Source: Steroidobacteraceae bacterium (lineage in GTDB: Bacteria; Pseudomonadota; Gammaproteobacteria; Steroidobacterales; Steroidobacteraceae). Taken from it: DNA of 64,000 nucleotides. A program made the translations under genes and the position numbers. Below the pieces are notes generated by a model. It was not told where the DNA came from, searched no databases, and saw only the letters and a program-made list of their open reading frames with translations. Numbering within the stretch: position 1 is the first letter of the stretch; every line of letters begins with the position of its first letter. Shown here in pieces: positions 29,516 to 39,246 of the stretch. The stretch lies in assembly GCA_036833805.1 (NCBI GenBank), contig DAITPA010000003.1, forward strand, positions 4,059-68,058. Reading direction: 5' to 3'.

Positions 29516-30336
29516 CCGAGCGCGCGCAGCTCCGCTGCCGTCAGATGCAGGCTTGCGGCCGCGACGTTTTCTTCAAGATGCTTCACGGAGGACGTCCCAG
29601 GAATCGGCAGCACGACGGGCGAGCGGGCGAGGAGCCAGGCGATGGCGGACTTCGCTTGCGAGGCGTCGCGCCCGGCACCCAGCGGAAACCAAGGAATGAA
29701 GGCGAGCCCTTGCTGCTCGCAATAATTGAGCACATCCTCTGCGTCGCGATCCGCAAGGTTGTAGCGGTTCTGCACGGAGACCACGCTCACGAGCGCTTGT
29801 GAGCGCTTGAGCTCCGCGAGGCTTTGATTGGATACGCCGATATGGCGGATTTTGCCCTCCGCCTGCAAGCGTGCGAGCTCGCCCAATGACTCCGCAAGCG
29901 GTACGCGCGGATCGATGGCATGCAGTTGATAGAGATCAATTCGATCGAGCCGCAGGCGCCGCAGACTGCCCTCGCATGCCGCGCGCAAATGCGCGGGATG
30001 CGCGTCGCGTTCCCACTGGCCGGCTCGCGGCCTTGTCAGCCCGCCTTTGGTCGCAATGACCAGGCCCTGCGGATATGGGTGCAGCGCTTCGGCAATGATC
30101 TCTTCACTGACGTCAGGTCCGTAGGAGTCAGCGGTATCGATGAAATTCACACCGAGCTCAAGCGCACGCCTGAGAACCTTAAGCGCCGCCTGACGGTCAG
30201 CCGGCGGACCCCACACGCCCGCACCCGTGAGCCGCATCGCGCCGAAGCCGAGCCGATGCACGCTCAGATCTGCCCCGATCGACACTGAGCCTGCGGCTGC
30301 GGCAGGCGGACTTGCTTTTGGGATGCTCGGCGTCAT
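29512..30336 (-). CDS. aldo/keto reductase
   Basis: 274-aa ORF with GFGAMRL, NFIDTADSYG and HIGVSNQS. Confidence 0.9.
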   Translation of the reverse strand: MTPSIPKASPPAAAAGSVSIGADLSVHRLGFGAMRLTGAGVWGPPADRQAALKVLRRALELGVNFIDTADSYGPDVSEEIIAEALHPYPQGLVIATKGGLTRPRAGQWERDAHPAHLRAACEGSLRRLRLDRIDLYQLHAIDPRVPLAESLGELARLQAEGKIRHIGVSNQSLAELKRSQALVSVVSVQNRYNLADRDAEDVLNYCEQQGLAFIPWFPLGAGRDASQAKSAIAWLLARSPVVLPIPGTSSVKHLEENVAAASLHLTAAELRALG

Positions 30337-30381
30337 AGCGGGGATCCTTCGTCGACGGGACTGTTAGACTGTAGAACGCGG

Positions 30382-30405
30382 GCGCGTGTACGCGCGCGTG
30401 TACGC
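30382..30405. repeat. perfect tandem duplication of a 12-mer (gcgcgtgtacgc x2) in a divergent promoter region
   Basis: Read directly: 30382-30393 and 30394-30405 are identical. The repeat lies between the AKR start (30336) and the small PLDc_N gene start (30433). Confidence 0.7.
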
Positions 30406-30432
30406 GCTCATCTGCGCCTCGGGGGGCCACGC

Positions 30433-30633
30433 ATGTACTACGGTTATGGCTATGGATATAACGGTCTCTGGGGCCTGTTGGTTCTGATCGCCGATGTCTG
30501 GGCGATCGTAAATATATTTCAAAGCGGCGCGTCGACGGACCGCAAGGTGCTTTGGACCGTGCTCGTCATCCTGTTGCCAGTCTTGGGGTTTGTAATCTGG
30601 CTCTTTGCCGGGCCGCGTAGCAATAAATCCTGA
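30433..30633 (+). CDS. small membrane protein with PLD-nuclease/cardiolipin-synthase N-terminal (PLDc_N) domain
   Basis: 66-aa ORF. LIADVWAIVNIFQSGASTDRKVLWTVLVILLPVLGFVIWLFAGPR matches the PLDc_N two-helix pattern. Confidence 0.75.
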   Translation: MYYGYGYGYNGLWGLLVLIADVWAIVNIFQSGASTDRKVLWTVLVILLPVLGFVIWLFAGPRSNKS

Positions 30634-30645
30634 CGCTGCGCGTCC

Positions 30646-31278
30646 TCAAGCCGGATGGCGTGCGACGCTCGCGCGTATCTGATTGATGGTGCTTGGCATC
30701 ACAGAGCTTTTCACGCGCTGCCAGGGCGCATCGAAACGCTCCATCGCACCCTCAGCCGGCAGGGATTGCGCGGACGGAAATTCCGTGCGCAGCGTATCGA
30801 CCATCAGCGTCCACTTCGGTAATCCCTTGGGAAACTTGCCGCGCTTCGTGAACACGACGCGCCCTTCCGTCGGCGCCTCACCCGCCACGGCGCGGACCGC
30901 GGCGATCCGGTCGTAGAGCGCACCCTGCGGGTTCGTAAACGTGAAGCGCTGCGGACCGTCCATGACGGTCCATTCCGTCATCTGATCGCCGCCGAAGATG
31001 TTGCCGCGCACGTCGCGCAGATCGATCACCAGGATGCCACGCGGTGTCAGCAAGAGGAAATCCACGTGGAAGTAACCGCCCATGCCATCAGGCACCAGCA
31101 CGTCGCGCAGGTAGTCCGAAGCCGAAGCGGTTACTGCGGCGACGAGTGCTTTTTGCGTGCGCCTGCGCCGGTACCAGCGCCAAGCCCATGACAGGGCCCA
31201 GCCGAAGACCACGGCGCCGCCGACCAGGAACCAGGTTGTGGGCGGCAGTTTGCTCAAGGTTTGTAGCGTTTCGTTCAT
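30646..31278 (-). CDS. NERD (nuclease-related) domain protein with N-terminal TM helix
   Basis: 210-aa ORF with a TM segment (TWFLVGGAVVFGWALSWAWRWY), then YFHVDFLLLTPRGILVIDLRDVRGNIFGG...WTV, typical of NERD domains. ATGA overlap with the thrC stop. Confidence 0.8.
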   Translation of the reverse strand: MNETLQTLSKLPPTTWFLVGGAVVFGWALSWAWRWYRRRRTQKALVAAVTASASDYLRDVLVPDGMGGYFHVDFLLLTPRGILVIDLRDVRGNIFGGDQMTEWTVMDGPQRFTFTNPQGALYDRIAAVRAVAGEAPTEGRVVFTKRGKFPKGLPKWTLMVDTLRTEFPSAQSLPAEGAMERFDAPWQRVKSSVMPSTINQIRASVARHPA

Positions 31279-32582
31279 GAGTCAAGCGCGGCGCACAGCC
31301 CCTCCAAGTCGGCGGGGATTTCAGTGCATGCGGTCGGGCGTGCCAATAGTCTCATGAGCGATTGCGGGACGGGCAGTTCCTCGCCAATCAACGGCTCGAC
31401 TATCTCTTTGAACTTGGCCGCATGCGCGGTCGCGACCAGAACCCAGGGACCCGCACCCCTACGCGCCGCAGGCAGTCGCGCGTAAACTTCCGCCGCCACC
31501 GCCGTGTGCGGACAAAAGATCTTGCCCCAGTCATCGAAGGCGGTGCGAACGCGGCGGCGTATATCGGCATCATCGACCGAGTCGGCGCTGACTGCGGCAA
31601 CAAGTTCGTGCATATCTGGTAAGAGGCTGCGCAACCGCTCCATGTTACTCGGATTGCCGACGTCCATCGCGGATGCCAGGGTCGCGATGCTGGGCCGCGG
31701 GCGCCATTGTCCGCTTTCCAGGAAGTCAGGCACCGTGCGGTTGGCATTGTGTGCGAGCACTATTTCAGCGATCGGTAGACCCAGCTTGCGTGCCCAGATG
31801 CAGGCGACGGCATTGCCGAGGTTGCCGCTCGGGATCACAAAAGAGGCGCGTTCGCCATGCGCGCGCCAGAGCGCAAGGCTCGCCGCGGCGTAGTAAACCA
31901 TCTGCGGCAGGAGCCTTCCCAGGTTGATGCTGTTGGCAGAGGATAGATCGAAACGCTTGCGCAGAGCCGGCTCCCGCAGGGCCTCTTTCACGAGCCGCTG
32001 GCAGTCATCAAAGGTGCCGCGCACGGCAAGCGATGTGACATTGCCGCCCCAACAGGTGAGCTGCCGCTCCTGCGTGGGGGAGACGAGCCCGCGCGGAAAG
32101 AGCACGGTGACGCGCATGCCGGGTCGCTCGTGGAAAGCCGCGGCCACCGCGCCGCCGGTGTCGCCGGAGGTTGCGACCAGCATGTTGAGGGAGCGGCCGC
32201 TGCTCCTCGGCACGCGCGCGAGCGCCGCGGCGAGAAAGCGCGCGCCAAAATCCTTGAAGGCCGCCGTCGGCCCGTGAAAGAGTTCGAGCAGCGAGAGTTT
32301 TGCCTGCGGCTCGAGCGGCACGAGCGGCGCGCAGAAGTTGAAGGCTTCCCCTACCATCGCCGCCAATTCGCCTGCGAGTGCGTCGCCGGCCAGAAAGGGC
32401 GCGAGCAGACGTGCGGCCAGCGGCGCAAGATCTAGAGAGGTTGAATGCAGGTCAAGCGAGGCGCTCGGCCAGCCGACCGGCACATAAAGACCGCCGTCGG
32501 GCGCAAGGCCCTGTTGCAGGGCAGCGCTGAAACCGCTGCAGAGCGCCGCATCGCGCGTGCTCTTGTATTGAAACGCTCTCAT
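31275..32582 (-). CDS. thrC: threonine synthase
   Basis: 435-aa ORF with LAPDGGLYVP, the PLP-lysine region LELFHGPTAAFKDFG and SGNLGN. Confidence 0.9.
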   Translation of the reverse strand: MRAFQYKSTRDAALCSGFSAALQQGLAPDGGLYVPVGWPSASLDLHSTSLDLAPLAARLLAPFLAGDALAGELAAMVGEAFNFCAPLVPLEPQAKLSLLELFHGPTAAFKDFGARFLAAALARVPRSSGRSLNMLVATSGDTGGAVAAAFHERPGMRVTVLFPRGLVSPTQERQLTCWGGNVTSLAVRGTFDDCQRLVKEALREPALRKRFDLSSANSINLGRLLPQMVYYAAASLALWRAHGERASFVIPSGNLGNAVACIWARKLGLPIAEIVLAHNANRTVPDFLESGQWRPRPSIATLASAMDVGNPSNMERLRSLLPDMHELVAAVSADSVDDADIRRRVRTAFDDWGKIFCPHTAVAAEVYARLPAARRGAGPWVLVATAHAAKFKEIVEPLIGEELPVPQSLMRLLARPTACTEIPADLEGLCAALDS

Positions 32583-33526
32583 GAGCAGATGAGGCGCGCC
32601 CCGGGCGAATCAATCTCGACCACCCAGGCATCGACGCCAATCGACAGCCGCTCGAACGGCACGCGCATGGCCGCGAGAACCCCGGCGGCGCGTGTCTCTT
32701 GAGCCCAGGCGAAGAGCGCAGGCCCCGCCCCTGAGATCGAGCATCCCAGAGCGCCGGCGTCGATCGCATCGCGGCGCACTTCTGCAAAGCCGGGGATCAG
32801 CGCCTGGCGCTGCTTTTCGATGACCACATCCTCAAAGGAGGCGCGGATCATGTCGAGGTCGTCGGTGTAACAACCCGAGATGAAGCCCGCAAGGTTCGCG
32901 GTTTGCCAAACAAAATCCGCCAACTCAACGCTGCTCTTCAAAAGCGCGCGCGCCTGTTTGGTGGACAGGAACATGTGTGGATGCACGATGACAGCCACCA
33001 CGCCCGCCGGGACGGGGATCTGTTTGACGCGCGGCTGGTCGATGCCCACCGTCAGCACGAGGCCGCCAAAGAGCGAGGCGGCAATATTGTCGACGTGCAG
33101 GGAGCCGCTTGCGACCTGCTCACCCTGCATCGCAAACTTCAATAGCTCGAGCCGACTGCAGGGCTCATCGAGGAGTGCATTGGCGGCGACTACGGCGGCG
33201 ACCGCGGATGCTGCAGAGCCGCCGAGGCCCGACCCCAGCGCGATGCCCTTGTCGATCTGCATCTCAACGCCAAAATCCAAGCGCAAACTCTCCTGCATCG
33301 CAAGCACCGCGCGGCCGGCGGTATTACGCCTGGGATCAAGCGGCAGATCTTCCACGACACCGCTCACGCCGCGAATCACGACGCCCGGCATATCGCGTCG
33401 CACGGCCGTGACGCGATCTCCGAGCGCATCGACCGCAAAGCCTAAAATATCAAAGCCGATGGCGACGTTGCCGACCGAGGCCGGCGCAAAAGCACGCGCC
33501 CGCAGCAGCGCCGCGGCCGCGCTCAC
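32579..33526 (-). CDS. thrB: homoserine kinase
   Basis: 315-aa ORF with APASVGNVAIGFD and GHMP kinase motif GSGLGGSAASAVAAV. It overlaps both neighbours by 4 nt. Confidence 0.9.
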   Translation of the reverse strand: MSAAAALLRARAFAPASVGNVAIGFDILGFAVDALGDRVTAVRRDMPGVVIRGVSGVVEDLPLDPRRNTAGRAVLAMQESLRLDFGVEMQIDKGIALGSGLGGSAASAVAAVVAANALLDEPCSRLELLKFAMQGEQVASGSLHVDNIAASLFGGLVLTVGIDQPRVKQIPVPAGVVAVIVHPHMFLSTKQARALLKSSVELADFVWQTANLAGFISGCYTDDLDMIRASFEDVVIEKQRQALIPGFAEVRRDAIDAGALGCSISGAGPALFAWAQETRAAGVLAAMRVPFERLSIGVDAWVVEIDSPGARLICS

Positions 33527-36006
33527 AAGCGCGCTCCCAAGTACGCCGCCAGACGCAAAAGGTCCGCGAATACGCCGCCCGCGGTCACCTCGGGTCCGGC
33601 GCCCGGCCCCTGCACGATGAGCGGATTGGCACAGTAGCGCCGCGTCGCAAAGCGCACCACATTATCCGTCAAGGCAATGTTCGCAAATGCATGCTTCGCG
33701 TCGAGTTCCGCGACGCCCACAACCGCCCGGCCATCGGCGCTGATCTTGCCCACATAGCGCATGACCTTGCCCTGTGCGCGCGCCACTTCGAAGCGCCGCC
33801 GCATCGACTCGTCATGCCGCGGCAGCCCGCTCATGAACTCGTTGGCTGAAGCGCTCTCGAGCCCGACCGGCACCAGACTCTCAACTGCCACATCGCTCAT
33901 TTCCAGCGGCACGCCCATCTCGCGGCCGAGGATGATGAGCTTGCGTGCGACGTCAAGACCGGAGAGATCATCGCGTGGATCAGGCTCAGTGTAGCCCTTG
34001 TGCCGCGCGGCGCTCACGATCTCGGAAAACGGTGTGGCGCCGTCGTAGACGTTGAATAGATAAGCAAGCGTTCCGGAGAAGATGCCCTCGATACTTGCGA
34101 CATCGTCGCCCGTGTCGCGCAGATCGCGCAAAGTCTGAATGATCGGCAAGCCGGCGCCGACCGTCGCTTCATAAAGATAGTGCGCGCCGCTCACGCGGCG
34201 CGCCTCGCGCATGCTTTGATAGAAGGACCAGTCGGCGCTGTTGGCCTTCTTGTTGGGCGTCACCACATGAATACCGCGCTCGAACCAATCGCGATAGTGG
34301 CGCGCGACCGTCTCGCTCGCCGTGCAGTCAATAAAAACCGTGTGCGGCAGAAAATCCGCGTGCACGTGCTCAACGAAGCGGCCGATATCCGCCTCCACCG
34401 CCTGCGCGTCGAATGCGTCGCGCCATGCGGCCAGGTCGACGCCGCTCGGCGCGAGCAGCATGCGCCGCGAGCCGAGAATGCCGCGGATGCGCAGATCGAG
34501 ATTGAACTCCTGGCGCAGACGCGCGCTTTGGGATGCGAGCTGGTCGAGCAGCACCCGTCCGACCGCACCCGGACCGATGACGCCAATCGAAAGCGTATGC
34601 GGCGACAGATAAAGCCCCGCGTGCACCGCGCGCAACGCGCGCGTCACCTGCCGCCCTTCGATGACCACCGAAATATTACGCTCAGAGGCGCCCTGCGCGA
34701 TCGCCCGCACGTTGACGCTGGCGGCTCCCAAGGACTTGAACACCTTGGCGGCAATGCCCGGGACACCGGCCATGCCGTCGCCCACGACCGCGAGGATCGC
34801 AAGATCAAGATCCAGCTCAATGCTCTGGATCTGGCCCTCCTGCAACTCGCGCTCGAACGCTGCACGTACCACGGTGGCGGCGCGCGTCGCCTCCGCCTGC
34901 GGGACCGCGCAGCAGATCGAATGCTCGGAGCTGCCCTGCGAGATGAGAATGACCGAGATCGCCTCTTCCCGCAGCGCTCCAAAGAGCCGATGCGCGGTGC
35001 CGGGCACGCCGATCATGCCGGCACCCTCGAGATTGACGAGAGCAATGTGCTCTATGCTGGTGATGCCCTTCACCGGCAGCGGGGATTGCGGCCGCGCACA
35101 GATCAAGGTTCCCGGCTTCTCGGGCGCGAAGGTATTGCGTATCCAGATCGGAATGCCGCTGCCAACAGCCGGCGCCATCGTCTGCGGATGAATGACCTTG
35201 GCGCCGAAATAGGCAAGCTCCATTGCCTCGTTGTAGGACAGCGAATCGATCACGGTCGCGTCGGGCACGCGGCGCGGATCGGCCGACAGTACGCCATCAA
35301 CGTCCGTCCAGATGTGGATCTCGCTCGCTTCGAGCAGCGCGCCGAAGATCGACGCAGAGAAGTCGCTGCCATTCCTGCCGAGCGTCGTCTGCACGCCGCG
35401 CGCCTTGCTCGCGATGAAGCCGGTGACAATGAGCGTGCCCGCAAAACCCTCGTCTACGAGCAACGCGAGATTTTCATGCGACTGCGACCACTGCACCGCA
35501 GGACCCAAGGGTTTCCATTCCACCACCACCACGCGGCGCGCGTCGATCCAACGCACCTTGCCGGCGCGGCCGCTGCGTTCCTCGAAGTACTGATGAAACA
35601 GCTTCGTCGACCACAGCTCTCCATAGCCCGCAATGAGATCGCTCACTTCAGGCGCCGCAGCGCGGGTGAGTTTCACGGTGTGCAGAATCCCCTCAAGGTC
35701 CTGGCAATCACGCTCGAAGCCTGCGAGGTACTGGCGCGCCGACGTGGGCGCAAGCAGCGCCTCGGCAATCTCAGCGTGGCGCAAGCGCAGGTTTGAGATT
35801 TCGCCGCGGAAGGCATCATCCTGCTGCTCTGCGAGGCTGATGAGCCCCAGCAGCGCGTCGGTCACGCCGCGGCATGCGGACAGCACGACGGCCAGGCGTC
35901 CCGGCGGCTGAGATTCAAGGAGGCTTGCGACCCGCGCAAAACAGGCGGCATTCGCGACGCTTGATCCTCCGAACTTGTGGACAATCCAAGGATCGTTTGG
36001 GGTCAT
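33523..36006 (-). CDS. thrA: bifunctional aspartokinase / homoserine dehydrogenase
   Basis: 827-aa ORF with VHKFGGSSVAN, TLGRNGSDFSA, ACT-like regions, the homoserine dehydrogenase Rossmann GVIGPGAVG, and a C-terminus of E. coli ThrA type. Confidence 0.95.
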   Translation of the reverse strand: MTPNDPWIVHKFGGSSVANAACFARVASLLESQPPGRLAVVLSACRGVTDALLGLISLAEQQDDAFRGEISNLRLRHAEIAEALLAPTSARQYLAGFERDCQDLEGILHTVKLTRAAAPEVSDLIAGYGELWSTKLFHQYFEERSGRAGKVRWIDARRVVVVEWKPLGPAVQWSQSHENLALLVDEGFAGTLIVTGFIASKARGVQTTLGRNGSDFSASIFGALLEASEIHIWTDVDGVLSADPRRVPDATVIDSLSYNEAMELAYFGAKVIHPQTMAPAVGSGIPIWIRNTFAPEKPGTLICARPQSPLPVKGITSIEHIALVNLEGAGMIGVPGTAHRLFGALREEAISVILISQGSSEHSICCAVPQAEATRAATVVRAAFERELQEGQIQSIELDLDLAILAVVGDGMAGVPGIAAKVFKSLGAASVNVRAIAQGASERNISVVIEGRQVTRALRAVHAGLYLSPHTLSIGVIGPGAVGRVLLDQLASQSARLRQEFNLDLRIRGILGSRRMLLAPSGVDLAAWRDAFDAQAVEADIGRFVEHVHADFLPHTVFIDCTASETVARHYRDWFERGIHVVTPNKKANSADWSFYQSMREARRVSGAHYLYEATVGAGLPIIQTLRDLRDTGDDVASIEGIFSGTLAYLFNVYDGATPFSEIVSAARHKGYTEPDPRDDLSGLDVARKLIILGREMGVPLEMSDVAVESLVPVGLESASANEFMSGLPRHDESMRRRFEVARAQGKVMRYVGKISADGRAVVGVAELDAKHAFANIALTDNVVRFATRRYCANPLIVQGPGAGPEVTAGGVFADLLRLAAYLGARL

Positions 36007-36084
36007 CGAAAGGAAGATTCACAAGGGAAAAGGCGTTGCGACTGTACTGACGCGCTTGCGCGCACGCAACCCAACCGCCGCACC

Positions 36085-38070
36085 TCAACGCGCGTCCGCA
36101 GTCACCTTTAACAAAGCATCCCCGTCGCGCACACGGTCCCCGCTGCGCACGCGCAGTTCCGTAACGACCCCGGCGGCCCCGGCCGTCAGCGTGTGCTCCA
36201 TCTTCATCGCTTCCATTACGACCAGCACCTGTCCGCGCGCCACGCAGTCGCGCTCGGCGACCCGCACGGCCAAAATTACTCCCGGCATCGGAGCGCGCAG
36301 CGTGCCATCCGCCGTGACCGCCAGGGCATCCGCCACGGCACTCACGCGTTCGAAGCGATGCCACTCGCCGTCGAGCCAGATTGCGACGCGCTCGGGCTCG
36401 ATGTGCGCCGACCACGCAATGAGCCTGCCACTGAGGCGCGCATGCGCATCCGAGCGGGCAGCGCTGCGCGCGCTGACCTGCAACTCTTCGACGGCGCCGG
36501 CAGCGGAATCGTCATCAATATGCCAGCGCGCCTCGCGGCGCTGCAAGCGGACAACGTAGACCTGCCCAGCAGTCGCCTGCAGTCGGATAACAGCAAGGCC
36601 CGCGCCGTTCAGAGCCCAGGCGTCGCCGCAGGACCAGGGCGAGGTCGGCAGGTCTTCTGCAGCCGCGAGCAGCGACAAAGCCGCCAGCAGCGCTGCGCGC
36701 CGTGCCTGCGCATCGTCGTCAGGCAGGAGCGATGCGGCGCGTTCATCGATGAGTCGGGTGAAGACCCGGGCGGCGCGCACTTCTGCATCGGCTGCCAGCG
36801 CGATCAGGGCGGCAAGGTTGGTCGTGACGCCTTCGATGCGGCAGGCGGCGAGGGCGCGCTGCAACGTCGCGAGAGCATCCTCGCGGTCGCGTCCCAGCAC
36901 AATGAGTTTTGCCAGAAGCGCATCGTAATGCGTACCCACCTTATCGCCCGCCTCGACCGCCGCATCGATGCGCACGCGCGCGCCCGCCGGCGGCCAGGCG
37001 AGCTCCTCCAATGTTCCGCTCGTCGGCAAAAAGCCGCGGCGCGGATCCTCCGCGTAAAGGCGCGCTTCAAAGGCATGCCCATCCGCGCGGACTTCATCCT
37101 GAGCGAGTGGCAACGCTTCACCGGATGCGATGCGCAACTGCCACTCGACAAGATCAACACCCAGAATCATTTCCGTCACCGGATGCTCGACCTGCAGCCG
37201 AGTATTCATCTCGAGAAAGAAGCACTCCTCGCCCGTGACCACGAATTCCATCGTGCCTGCGTTCTCATAGCCAACGGCGCGCGCGCCGGCCACGGCGTAG
37301 CGGTGCAGACGCTGGCGCAATGCGCCGGAGAGGCCTGGCGCCGGAGCCTCTTCGATGACCTTCTGATGCCGGCGCTGCAGCGAGCAATCGCGCTCCAAGA
37401 GATGCAGACAATTGCCGTGCCGGTCGGCAATGATCTGCACTTCGACGTGACGCGCGCGCTCGATGAATCTTTCCAGCATGACCCGACCGTTGCCGAAAGC
37501 GCGCTCTGCTTCGCCGCGGGCGGCGGCAAGCTGCGCGGCAAGCTCGGCCGCAGCGCGCACGATGCGCATGCCTTTGCCGCCGCCGCCGGCCACGGCCTTA
37601 ATGAGAAGAGGAAAGCCGATCGCCTCGGCCTGCGCCTTGAGCCTGCGCTCATCCTGCTCGGCGCCGAAGTACCCCGGCACGATCGGCACGCCGGCGCCCT
37701 GCATCAAGGTCTTTGCCTGATCCTTCAACCCCATGAGATTGATCGCGGCCGCCGATGGACCGACGAAAACGATGCCCGCGGACGCACAGCTCTCTGCAAA
37801 CTCCGCGCTCTCGGCGAGAAACCCGTAGCCCGGATGCACGGCATCCGCGCCGCCGTCGCGCGCGGCACGCAGCAGCGCCGCGATGTTGAGATAGCTCTCG
37901 CGAGCTGGCGCGGGACCGATGCGAACTGCCGCATCGGCAAGGCGCGTATGCAGCGCGCCCGCGTCAGCGTCGGAGTACACCGCGATAACGCGCATGCCAA
38001 GCCGCTGCGCGGTGCGCGTTATGCGGCAGGCAATCTCACCGCGATTGGCGATCAAGAGCGTCTTGAACAT
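36085..38070 (-). CDS. biotin carboxylase + biotin carboxyl carrier fusion (methylcrotonyl-CoA carboxylase alpha-type)
   Basis: 661-aa ORF with LIANRGEIACR, GGGGKGMRIV, EMNTRLQVEHPVTE and the C-terminal biotinyl domain EAMKMEH. Confidence 0.9.
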   Translation of the reverse strand: MFKTLLIANRGEIACRITRTAQRLGMRVIAVYSDADAGALHTRLADAAVRIGPAPARESYLNIAALLRAARDGGADAVHPGYGFLAESAEFAESCASAGIVFVGPSAAAINLMGLKDQAKTLMQGAGVPIVPGYFGAEQDERRLKAQAEAIGFPLLIKAVAGGGGKGMRIVRAAAELAAQLAAARGEAERAFGNGRVMLERFIERARHVEVQIIADRHGNCLHLLERDCSLQRRHQKVIEEAPAPGLSGALRQRLHRYAVAGARAVGYENAGTMEFVVTGEECFFLEMNTRLQVEHPVTEMILGVDLVEWQLRIASGEALPLAQDEVRADGHAFEARLYAEDPRRGFLPTSGTLEELAWPPAGARVRIDAAVEAGDKVGTHYDALLAKLIVLGRDREDALATLQRALAACRIEGVTTNLAALIALAADAEVRAARVFTRLIDERAASLLPDDDAQARRAALLAALSLLAAAEDLPTSPWSCGDAWALNGAGLAVIRLQATAGQVYVVRLQRREARWHIDDDSAAGAVEELQVSARSAARSDAHARLSGRLIAWSAHIEPERVAIWLDGEWHRFERVSAVADALAVTADGTLRAPMPGVILAVRVAERDCVARGQVLVVMEAMKMEHTLTAGAAGVVTELRVRSGDRVRDGDALLKVTADAR

Positions 38071-38085
38071 GCGCGTGCGCCGCGT

Positions 38086-39246
38086 TCAGTCGCCGTCCCG
38101 AACGAGCTCGCGCCCGATCAGCATGCGGCGGATTTCGCTGGTGCCGGCGCCGATCTCATAGAGTTTGGCGTCGCGCAGCAGGCGACCGGCCGGATAGTCA
38201 TTGATATAGCCGTTGCCGCCGAGGGCCTGAATGGTGTTGAGGGCGCATTGGGTTGCGCTTTCGCTTGCAAAGAGAATGCAGGCAGCGGCGTCAAAGCGCG
38301 TGGTGCGGCCCGCATCGCAGGCGCGCGCGACACTGTAGACGTAGGCGCGCGAGGCATTCGCGAGGGTGTACAGATCCGCAAGCTTCGCCTGCATGAGCTG
38401 AAAGCTGCCGATCGGCTTGCCGAACTGCTTTCTCTCGCGCACATACGGCAGCACTAGATCAAGACACGCCTGCATGATGCCGAGCGATCCGCCCGAGAGC
38501 ACCACCCGTTCGTAATCAAGTCCGCTCATCAACACCTGGGCGCCGCGACCGACCTGGTGCAGGACATTTTCGAGCGGCACGCGGCAGCTGTCGAACACGA
38601 GCTCACAGGTGTCCGAGCCGCGCATGCCGAGTTTGTCGAGTTTCTGTGCGGTGCTGAAACCGGGGAAGCCCCTTTCAATGATGAATGCGGTGATGCCGGG
38701 CGTGCCCGATGGCGCATCGGTCTTCGCATAAACAACGATGACATCCGCCGAAGGACCATTGGTGATCCACATCTTGCGTCCGTCGAGGACGTAGTGATCG
38801 CCCTGCAATTCCGCTCTCGAGCGCATCCCGAGCACGTCGGAGCCGGCCTCCGGCTCGCTCATCGCGAGCGCGCCGACGTGCTCGCCGGTCAAGAGCCGCG
38901 GCAGGTAGCGGCCCTTCTGCTCGGCAGTGCCCCAGCGGCGCAGCTGATTCACGCAAAGATTTGAATGTGCGCCGTACGAGAGCCCCACCGCTGCGCTCGC
39001 GCGGCTGATCTCCTCCATCGCAACCACATGTTCGAGGTAGCCGAGCCCGCTGCCGCCGTCCTCAGCTTCAACCGTGATGCCGAGGAGCCCGAGCGACCCC
39101 AGTTCCGGCCACAGGTCGCGGGGAAAGATATTCGAGGCATCGATTTCGGCTGCGCGCGGCGCGATCAACTCGGCGGAAAATTCCCGCACCGTCTTGCGCA
39201 GCAGATCGACACTTTCCCCGAGCGCGAAGTCGAATTCGATCAACAC
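38086..39246 (-). CDS. acyl-CoA dehydrogenase, isovaleryl-CoA dehydrogenase-type
   Basis: ORF 38086..39402. The GTG at 39246 was chosen ([17 protein letters not shown], like IVD N-termini). Strings [20 protein letters not shown] and [19 protein letters not shown] are present. Confidence 0.88.
   Translation of the reverse strand: MLIEFDFALGESVDLLRKTVREFSAELIAPRAAEIDASNIFPRDLWPELGSLGLLGITVEAEDGGSGLGYLEHVVAMEEISRASAAVGLSYGAHSNLCVNQLRRWGTAEQKGRYLPRLLTGEHVGALAMSEPEAGSDVLGMRSRAELQGDHYVLDGRKMWITNGPSADVIVVYAKTDAPSGTPGITAFIIERGFPGFSTAQKLDKLGMRGSDTCELVFDSCRVPLENVLHQVGRGAQVLMSGLDYERVVLSGGSLGIMQACLDLVLPYVRERKQFGKPIGSFQLMQAKLADLYTLANASRAYVYSVARACDAGRTTRFDAAACILFASESATQCALNTIQALGGNGYINDYPAGRLLRDAKLYEIGAGTSEIRRMLIGRELVRDGD

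Noticed and set aside
34180-35796. 538-aa plus-strand ORF
   Set aside because: Antisense to thrA, whose translation carries unmistakable aspartokinase and homoserine dehydrogenase motifs. The composition is Arg/His/Ala-rich junk-like.
36007-36084. thrL-like leader peptide upstream of thrA
   Set aside because: No short ORF rich in Thr/Ile codons exists in the 78-nt spacer on the coding strand.
36193-38457. 754-aa plus-strand ORF, the longest unexplained ORF in the track
   Set aside because: It lies exactly antisense to the well-supported biotin carboxylase and isovaleryl-CoA-type dehydrogenase genes. The translation is Arg/Ala/Gly-rich with no recognisable motif. This is a typical shadow ORF of GC-rich DNA.
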